A stretch of 53,446 nucleotides of DNA, the filler included, from Diploschistes diacapsis (taxonomy: Eukaryota), in NCBI GenBank assembly GCA_023645945.1. It is 3 parts of 3 records of this genome, joined end to end, with 100 filler letters (N's around TTAATTAATTAA, not from the genome) between each part and the next. Parts side by side here need not be neighbours in the genome. Positions count along the whole stretch, not along the records: positions 35,723 to 53,446 come from JALAIB010000439.1; 2 more parts are not named here. The stretch is one strand, 5' to 3'. Both the position numbers and the translations under genes were made by a program. Each line of letters starts with the position of its first letter. The stretch's first letter is position 1. This document shows, piece after piece, positions 45,644-53,446 of this stretch. The notes below the pieces were generated by a model. The model was not told where the DNA came from. It made no database searches and worked only from the letters and a program-made list of their open reading frames with translations.

Positions 45644-46320
45644 TCAACCCTTGAATTTGCTCTTGACCCAGTAAGCCACTCTATCCCCCAGCCCATCATG
45701 GTCTGGCGGCGGATTCTGCTCCCTCCACTCGGCCCGCTTGCGTTCCTTTTCGGCTTTCTTCGCTTCTTTCATACCGGCTTGTCCTCCCTGAGCGCTGCTT
45801 GTCATGTGAGTTGTCGCGGGAGCAATAGCAGATGCAGATGCAGCAGTGATAGCGCTTGTCTCGGCAGCGGTGGCCGGGTTAGACGACATGGTTGAGGCGT
45901 CGATGGTGGGTGAATGCTTAGTTTCGGGGCTGGTGCTTGTGCTGGTCGTGTCTTGAGTGCTGTTTGGGACTTGGTGGGGGGGCTGTGAAGAGGGAGGCGG
46001 TTTTGCGGCTTTCTCGGTCTCTCCAGGAGCAGGATCGGGCCCGGTGTGCCTTGAGTTTTCGGGATTGATTACAGCCTGTATGGCCTTGTCTGTGGCGACT
46101 TGGTTCTCTTTACGGATGTTGCCTTCACCCCCGCGCTGCACAATAGTATGAGGAACGATAAGAAAATTGTAGCTGTAAGACTTACCCCTGTATGGTAATT
46201 GTCGTACTCTGTCCTGATAGCCGTCTCAGGGACGACGTCCGTATCGCCAGGTATCCCCGTTGGTTTCAGGCGAGGGGATCCTATGTTCCCCGTGCCACCG
46301 CGCTGTACAGGAGGAGACAT
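45644..46320 (-). CDS. Small hydrophilic RGGxGNI-repeat protein (DUF3602-like); exons 46320-46186, 46135-45644
   Basis: RGGTGNIG and, across the 50-nt intron, YHTG|RGGEGNI; C-terminal GL.DR...K motif. Confidence 0.8.
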
Positions 46321-47559
46321 ATTAGACAAGATCCCGCTAGTTTTACTAAGGAGGGAGAGGGGGATGGTGAGGGAAGATAGCAGTATTCTGCTCCTTGTCC
46401 TCTTAGATGGTGAGCTCATGGGAAGTAGCTTTCGTGGTCGTGTTGCTCATGTGTTTGGTTGTAGTGACTGTAGTTTCTGTGCTAGTCTTGACTTTCCCAC
46501 GCTGATGGCAAAGGACCGTCGGCTGTGCGAGCAGGTTCGACCATGAGGAGTACAATATTAAACATGAGGTTCCAGCATGGAGTTTAAGGAAGAAGAGAAG
46601 AGAAAGAGGCGATTGGAAGTGCACAGATTCTTAATAACAAGTCAGACACTTACCCCCGCTGAAAAGGCTCCAGTTCCTTGATCACCCTCGTCGCCTTCAC
46701 GAACTATTGACCCATCAATGTAAGTCTTATCGTCCGGGCTTATGTTGGCAGCGCCTAGACAGCGAACTGGTCAGGGAAGTTGTCCAGGAGCGCGCTCACG
46801 TATAGCAAGCAGAGTCAAGAAGAGTGGGATCGAAGTCTCACCACCACGCCCATGAGATACCTTCTCCATATTCTCCGACTCTTTAAGATCTAGCAAGTCG
46901 GATTATCGGTAGTTGACTAACTAGTGTTTGGATGTACGTCGGCTTACAATGAAACTCGCATATGGAACTATCAAAGAAAGATCGCAAAACATCACGAGCA
47001 CAGGATTTCGAAATATGAATGAACGGAACTGCAAAAACAGCCCTAGACTTAATGACCTTCAAGAAATAAATCTACATAATCAACTGGCGTGAAGATTGAG
47101 GCTCAATGACGTCTGCCATGTTATGTGGTACAGTATGTAGTAGTTAGTACTAACTCACCTTTGGCCCTTCCTGATCCCCATGAAGAAGTATCCTTTTTTG
47201 AAATGATTTGGATACGCCTAATGATTTCCACAGACCGTTGGATCCTCAGCTTTTGTGGGCTGCAAAGCTTCAATATTTGATTTACATGTACGATGAGGTC
47301 ATTAACCATTGTTCGTCTTCAAAAGACAACAAGATTTCAAGAGCATGTTGATACTTGGCTGCTGGAACTTTATAACAACCCAAAGCGCATCCAGCCTGGG
47401 CAGAGGCGCACCTCTATGAAATCGTACATTTAAATTGCAAAAATGCACCGGATCACTCATAAAGCTTTGAACAATACATAAGAGTTGGGATGATGTGCAT
47501 ATCAAGAGTAGTTGGTTTTCCCCAGAAGGACACGTCTACAATTCCTCCCCTCTCCAATC

Positions 47560-48965
47560 CTACTTCAGTGGAGCTGGCGCGGAACCGCCTGTCGTTGGGA
47601 AGCCCATAAAACTAAACCGATTAGCCCATGGGCACATGGACACACATGAGTCATGACGGAACTCACATCTTGAAGCTATCGTAAATCATCCATTGCAGAC
47701 CGGTCAAGGTTCCGATCATCACGATTCTACGCCAATATCAGGTTTCCATCGTCAGACAAGTGCCCGCGTACTCACCTGATTGGGAGACCGTTCCATAGTC
47801 CGCTGAAGCCAATACTCTTGTAGATCCTACTGGTAGCCGCACCGAAAGCTTCTCCAGGCTGTCGGTTGGCGTTGAGCTTGCTGACCATGACATCGGCGGG
47901 ATGCGAGACGATAGCGCAGAGGATACCAGCGATATAACCACCAGCAAACGATACAGTGGTCTGAGCGGACTTGCCGTAGTCGGACTTTTGGCCAGGTAGG
48001 CGATCGTATATCATCTCGATCACGTTTTCAAACGAGGCAAACTTCATCATAGTGTATGGGACTTGACGACCCCATAGCGGATACAAACCCTTGTAGAGCC
48101 TAGCGGAAAGGAGTCAGTGAGCGTATACTGGGGACAGAGAAGTGCCAGAACACTTTACCCAGCAGTGCCTTCAGTAGAGGTTATCTTAGGAATACCATCG
48201 AACGTGCCTTTGGCGAAGGGAGGAATAGTGGTTTGAATGCGAACTTTGACGGCTTCGAGCGGGCACAGACCGATATCTGCGATGAACTCGGCCGAAGCGC
48301 TTGCGGCAAGGTAGAGGGACGTCTTGTATTTCTGCGCGGCTTCCTCGCCAGCCAGGTCGGCATAGAATTTCTTGAAGTACTCGTAGCCGCCATACTTGAG
48401 GCCTCCTTGGATCTGAATTCAAATCTGTCAAAATTAGATAGCGGCTGACTTCAACGTAGGCTTACAGAGTATCCAACAAAAGTCGGACCCCATCCGGTGA
48501 AAATACCGCGGATACCTTCTGCTCTGCCAATCTTGCCCCAAGCCTCAAGGTTGCCCTTGTACATCTTGGCGTCGACCTGTCGACGGCATTTGACTAGATC
48601 GAGCGGCGTAACCGCAGTGTGGGTGAGGCCCTAATTGGACTCAGCGCTCAGCAAGCCGGCTGTTTCTAATGTGTCCTTACACAAGCCACAACTCCACCAG
48701 CAATGCAAGCAGCATAGTATTTGCCCGAGTAGAGTTCAATCTTATTTGCCTTAGCTTGGGCTACCCCACTCGCTTTCGAGTACTCTCTTTGAGCCTCTAC
48801 GCTGAGTTGTGAGGCTTTGCCCTTCACGTCGTCTGCAGCGCTCCACGTCTGGAACGCATCTCTGGGATGCCTATTGACGGGGTTTGACTGCGCAGGCCTG
48901 GAGACAAAGGGCGAGGTTTGGGTGAAGCACTCTTGCAAAGCGTTGTGATTAGGGAAAAGCGCCAT
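47560..48965 (-). CDS. PIC2: Mitochondrial phosphate carrier (Pic2/Mir1 family, Pic2-like), multi-exon
   Basis: THTAVTPLDLVKCRRQV, CPLEAVKVR, PLWGRQVPYTMMKF, SHPADVMVSKLN, MIGTLTGLQW and GLPTTG; IELYSGKYY N-terminal region. Confidence 0.92.
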
Positions 48966-49201
48966 GGTGCTTTAGTCGTGAGCCTTCGCTTGGGCGCGAG
49001 AATGTTCGATTTCGACCACTTCGGCTGCTGGAATGAGTAAAGTTAGACAACCGACTGTGGAGAAATTAATGCATGCGCTTCCATATGGAATTGATTTGAT
49101 GCTCAAAGTGGACGCTTACAAGAACAAGCTACCAGGACTTAATGTCGAGTGAAATATGCTATGGAAATACTGAGGGCAAGCTGATAGGGGGAGCTGTTTG
49201 G

Positions 49202-49260
49202 TTTATACAGCTATCTGACCTTGCACTTCTTTAACGCTCACGAGCTCCCACCCCACGTGC
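49202..49260 (-). promoter_or_regulatory. TATAAA plus Pho4/NUC-1-type box upstream of the phosphate carrier
   Basis: Minus strand reads GCACGTGGGG (49260-49251), then TATAAA (49207-49202), then a probable 5'UTR intron (GTAAGC at ~49118 ... CTAAC ... CAG). Confidence 0.5.
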
Positions 49261-49436
49261 TTAACTCCGAATGTTTATGGCTCAAAAACTCGGAGATAGC
49301 AACCACTGGGACCGTTATCTCAATTTACTGATCTAACAAAGGATTACTTCTTCTCAGATCTAGCAACTCTTTAAATCAAGTGCCCAGCACGGCGTTTTCC
49401 CTTGTTTTCATCGGTGCCATAACAGGGAGCCCCCAA

Positions 49437-50004
49437 ATGGCAACCACGGCCACAAATTACACATTAGAGGCGCAGAAATTGCAGGCTGACCACGGAGCTC
49501 GCTCGATACCGCCTAGCAAATACCGCGGGGTACCTGAGCCTCAAACCAGTAGCTATATCTTAACATATTGACGATGCAAAGGCAACGGTGGAAGACCTCG
49601 ATCCTCCCCCAGCACTATCATGCAAACCAGCAGACCCGATATCACTAGCGATGCAAAATGCATACGAACGAGACTATAGCCATCTGACAGTCATCTCCTC
49701 GGACACAAGAGCACTGCTTGGCTATCTTAGCATACCGCGGCTGAAGGAGCTGTTAAAGAATGGCACAGTCTGCGACGGCGACCCAGTCGAGAAGGCGATG
49801 CAGCGGTTCCGGCGGAAGGGTAATGTTTATAAGGTGATCACAATGGACACGGCTCTTGAGGAATTGGAGGAATTCTTCGAAGGAGGCGCGGATGGTAGCA
49901 AACAAGACTTTGCGGTGGTGACGGACTGGAATAGGAGGTTCGTTCTCGGGGTAGCCACAAAGTGGGATCTGGAAGAATTTGTCAGAAGAAGGCCACCGGG
50001 ATGA
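49437..50004 (+). CDS. Small CBS-domain protein; exons 49437-49529, 49582-50004
   Basis: Spliced KYRG|ATVEDLDPPPALS..P.DPIS.A...AYERDYSHLTV, LLGYLSIPRLK, Y.VIT.DT.LEELE.FF, FAVVTD...RFVLGVAT..DLEEFV; tandem CBS-like pattern. Confidence 0.82.
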
Positions 50005-50624
50005 TGTTAGAGTGCTTGTACAGAGTAACAGTGATTACCACGTTTGTGCCTATGTAGCTGTAGTAAGTAGAAGACGTTTGGCAGAGAATGACGCTTACTA
50101 AGCCCTGACGATGCTGCTAGTGCGGAAACGGTTAGTTAGAAGAATTACATGTCAATCGGTCAGGTCACTGTTAATGGCACCGAACGGCCGACCTCGAACT
50201 TCTCTCAAAGCTACTACCAGCCGCCCCTCTCGGTGCTGTCTTTCACCATAATCACCACACCGACACGCTTCTTCCTTTTTCCTCTTTGTTTTCCGATTTC
50301 GACTGCCTTTATCCGGGGTATTCAGAGTGTCGAGTGCTCTTTATCCGCTTCGCACCACCTAGTGGGCTTCGACACCTCGCCGCATCTTTCGAGCTGTCGC
50401 GCTACCTTCCTGCGACTGGCAGGAGAAGTTCCGTCAATTTCATCAAGAAGTTTATTGAGAAGCTGATAAGGCCAAGCGTGGCTTCAAGGGCTATTCAACC
50501 TGAATCGTTTCATCTCAAGCCGGCTTGTCGCAAGCAATTGCATTTGCGACCAAGCCAGTGATTGCTGATAAGCACTGCATCCCGCACCCGAAATTGCTCG
50601 CCTCTTTGTTTCACGTCGCACACG

Positions 50625-51978
50625 ATGGCGAACAAACGGAAACGCGTGAGCGAAGTCGCATCGCAGCGCGAAGAGACTTCGGAAACGGCATCGACGGACA
50701 TGGACACCAACAACGGCGTGATACCGGTCGCCGACAAAGTCTTCGATATTCAAGTATACAAGGACAGCAAGTCTACGCCGAAAAAGCCACGCTCAAAAAA
50801 TTCTTCAGATATGCTGGAAGAGAAGGCCTGGAGGCCCAACGACAAGCCGATTCTCTATCGAATCACTCCAGGTCCCAGGTGGGAGAGGATGAAGAAGTAC
50901 AAGAACTTTGTTGGTGAGTTTTTCCATCGATAAAACGCTCTCGTACACACGCGCTCACGCTGCCCAGTCTCTACAAAAACCTTTGGGACTGGCGACTATG
51001 TCTACATATACCATGGCAATGAAGCGCAGGGGGCCAATCTGGACCCGGCAAAGGTGGGCGACTGCTGGGTAGCCAAGGTGCTCGAAATTCGCGCAGAAGA
51101 TTCAAGTCACGTCTTTCTGAGGGTCCTGTGGTTGTACTGGCCCGAGGAGCTTCCGAAAACTGGTCGCCTTCCGTGTCATGCGTCCTCGGAGCTCATTGCT
51201 TCCAATTACATGGAGGTCATGGACGCCATGACCGTGACAGATAAAGCCGAGGTCGCGTATGTCACGGAAGAGTATCACGAGGCGCCCGCCGAGGGTTTAT
51301 TTTGGCGTCAAACGTTTGATTTTCTTACAGGCAAGCTCTCTGTCCGTTCTCCCAGCCTGTTCTTGCAGACTCATGCCTTCCTAACCCCGACCACAGGAAT
51401 TGCGCCCGGATTGCATATGCGAAGGCCCCAATAATCCAGACCGAAAACTCATCTACTGCCAGGGCTGCGGAAAGTGGCTTCATGAGGGCTGTCTTCTTAA
51501 TGACGCACTGAATCGATTCTCATCGAGAAAGCAGAAGAAAGGTGAGGAGGAAAAAGCAGCAGAGGGCCCAGGACAAGAACAGGAAGAAATCAAAGATGAT
51601 GGGGGCTCAGACACGATAATGGTCAACGAAAAGCCCGAGGCCGAGGAATCGCCGGAAAAAGAGAAGGAGAGCGCGCCCGCCAAGCAAAAGCTAGCACCAA
51701 AATCGAGGAGAAAAGCTCGCAAATCTTCCCTGTCAAGTGCAAAGGCAACAGAAATCAAGCCAGCCTGGGAGGGCACGCTCGAAGCCCGGCTGGAGATGAA
51801 GACCGACGAGCAGGGCGAGGAGACGGACGACGCCACCGGCAACGTGATAATCACGGACCTTGACGGCAATGGCGACGGCGAGCACGAGACCTTCAAGGAA
51901 GAGTTGAGGTGTCTCTGTTGCGAGGCTTCGCTGGCTGATCAGCCTGATCAGGCTGGCCAGGCCGAGCAGCCGGAGTAA
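50625..51978 (+). CDS. BAH-PHD chromatin reader, EPR-1/BP1 (plant EBS/SHL)-like; exons 50625-50913, 50968-51341, 51397-51978
   Basis: BAH: F.TGDYVYI...WVAKVLEIRA.D..HVFLRV.WLYWPEELP..GR.P.H...ELIASN.MEV; then CIC..P.NPD..LI.C..C.KWLHE.C with the last Cys pair (CLCC) far downstream. Confidence 0.87.
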
Positions 51979-53100
51979 ATTCTTCCGGTGAGCCTCATGG
52001 AGGACAATCTTTTCTTCTTCCAACGCGAATGCGGTGCTTGACTTAGTAGGATATACCCCATTTTCCTGTTTGTGGCAGTAGTAGCACGTGGCATGCCATT
52101 TCGCAGACGGTTCTCTCTTCAGAAAGCTCTTTTTGCTATGCTGCAGAACTCATGCCTTTTTCGTTCCAATTTGGAAGTTAGCTGCAAAGCGCTATTTCAC
52201 CGCCATTCTTCTAGGTTCCAGTAGCGTGGCTTCTAGGGCTCACGTGCACGCTATTTTGTTCCAGTCTCCATGTCCGCCGAGCGCAAGGAAGGGGGCATGA
52301 TGCGGCATCATCAGGCTGACAGACGCCCTTGAATATAAAAGCTTTGCGCCTTTAGAGTTGCGGAGCAAGGAAACTCCCAGAATCATTCCATCACCTTCCG
52401 TCTTCTACCGCTCGAACGATCCCACGACTCTCGCGACGACGATATGCAAAATCCTTTTCAAGGTTCAGCTCAGAAACAACCAACATCGTTGTCCCAATTC
52501 CATTCCATCTCACACCATTTCAGAGCAATCACCCACGCCATCTGTATGACTAAGAAAGATCGCTACATGTTACGCTCTGCTAGTCCATCTCTATCCGAAA
52601 ATCTTCCTTACATTCTTCCTCTGATTGCCGCAACGGAAACAAAGGACAACAAACCAGCATGTCCTCTTCCACCGCGCTAAAATTCCTGCTGGAGGAGACA
52701 GAGGGGAGAAAGTGATTTATCTCCCAAACCCGTAGTCTCTATCCGCAGCCCAACGCTGGGAAGGGGGGCGGAAGGGAAAATGAAGCGAAATAGCGGAACA
52801 AGAACAAAGCTCATGTGAGCTGCAAGGGAGACAGACAGGGAGAAAGAGAGGGGAAAATCAACTGACTAACTGACTTCTCTCGCGCCCCGGCAAGGCAAGA
52901 GAAGTGTATGTAGCTAGATAGATAGACAGGCAGGCAGGGCAGGCAGGCAGCTCTGTAGGACACAGATAAATCCAGAGTATTCGATGGAGCTCGCAGACAG
53001 TTCTCGTAAATCGAGAGGCGAACAAATGGGACGGGGTGTGAAACGTTGAAGGGGTGCAGGGAGATGTAGGTGTGCAAAAACGGACCATCTCACCAACCCC

Positions 53101-53137
53101 CTCTCTTTCTCTCTCTGTGTATGTGTGTGTGTGTGTG
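53101..53137. repeat. (CT)n(GT)n compound microsatellite
   Basis: ctctctttctctctctgtgtatgtgtgtgtgtgtgtg. Confidence 0.85.
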
Positions 53138-53446
53138 GTGTCAGTCCCGATCTGACACCAGTACGATAGAAAAAACCCACGTACCGACCCAGAACGCGAG
53201 CAATAAGGAAGAAAAGGGAGACTATAACGAGAACCGTGAAAAAAGCGAATGCGAGAGGATGAGGGTACGGAGAAGAACAGACGCTAGTCTACCCCTGATG
53301 TAGTTATACGAATGACCCTCAAAAGAACAAAAAACACACTTCCCTACCTAATACCAAACAATAAGATCAAGGAAAATCCCTCAGCAATCTCCAGCCGTTG
53401 TTTCCCCCTTCCTCCTCCTCCCCCTCTTCCTCTTCCACCCCCTAAG

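Overview
Intron-containing genomic DNA from a filamentous ascomycete (Pezizomycotina-type ~45-60 nt GT-AG introns with CTRAY branch sites), interrupted by two artificial 100-nt gaps with a TTAATTAATTAA spacer (17790-17889, 35623-35722). Genes, left to right: FlbD-like two-repeat Myb factor, PHD + Myb-like orphan protein, NCBP3-like protein, carbonyl-reductase-type SDR (cut by a gap), a decayed small secreted-peptide gene, a 6-exon ~1386-aa mosaic gene, a laccase, a gap-spanning hypothetical protein, Sut1-like sugar transporter, G6PD, ribosomal eL33, S10 serine carboxypeptidase, a small RGGxGNI-repeat protein, mitochondrial phosphate carrier, CBS-domain protein and an EPR-1/BP1-like BAH-PHD reader. 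The most unusual item is the mosaic gene (26041->21633). It stays in frame across six predicted exons and appears to carry degenerate, intron-containing pieces of other fungal genes (a Yap1/AP-1 bZIP and an MIT domain, plus a C2H2 finger) ahead of an uncharacterised C-terminal two-TM module, suggesting a gene-fragment-capture or integrated-decoy protein. All family calls are from recalled motifs; no database search was run.
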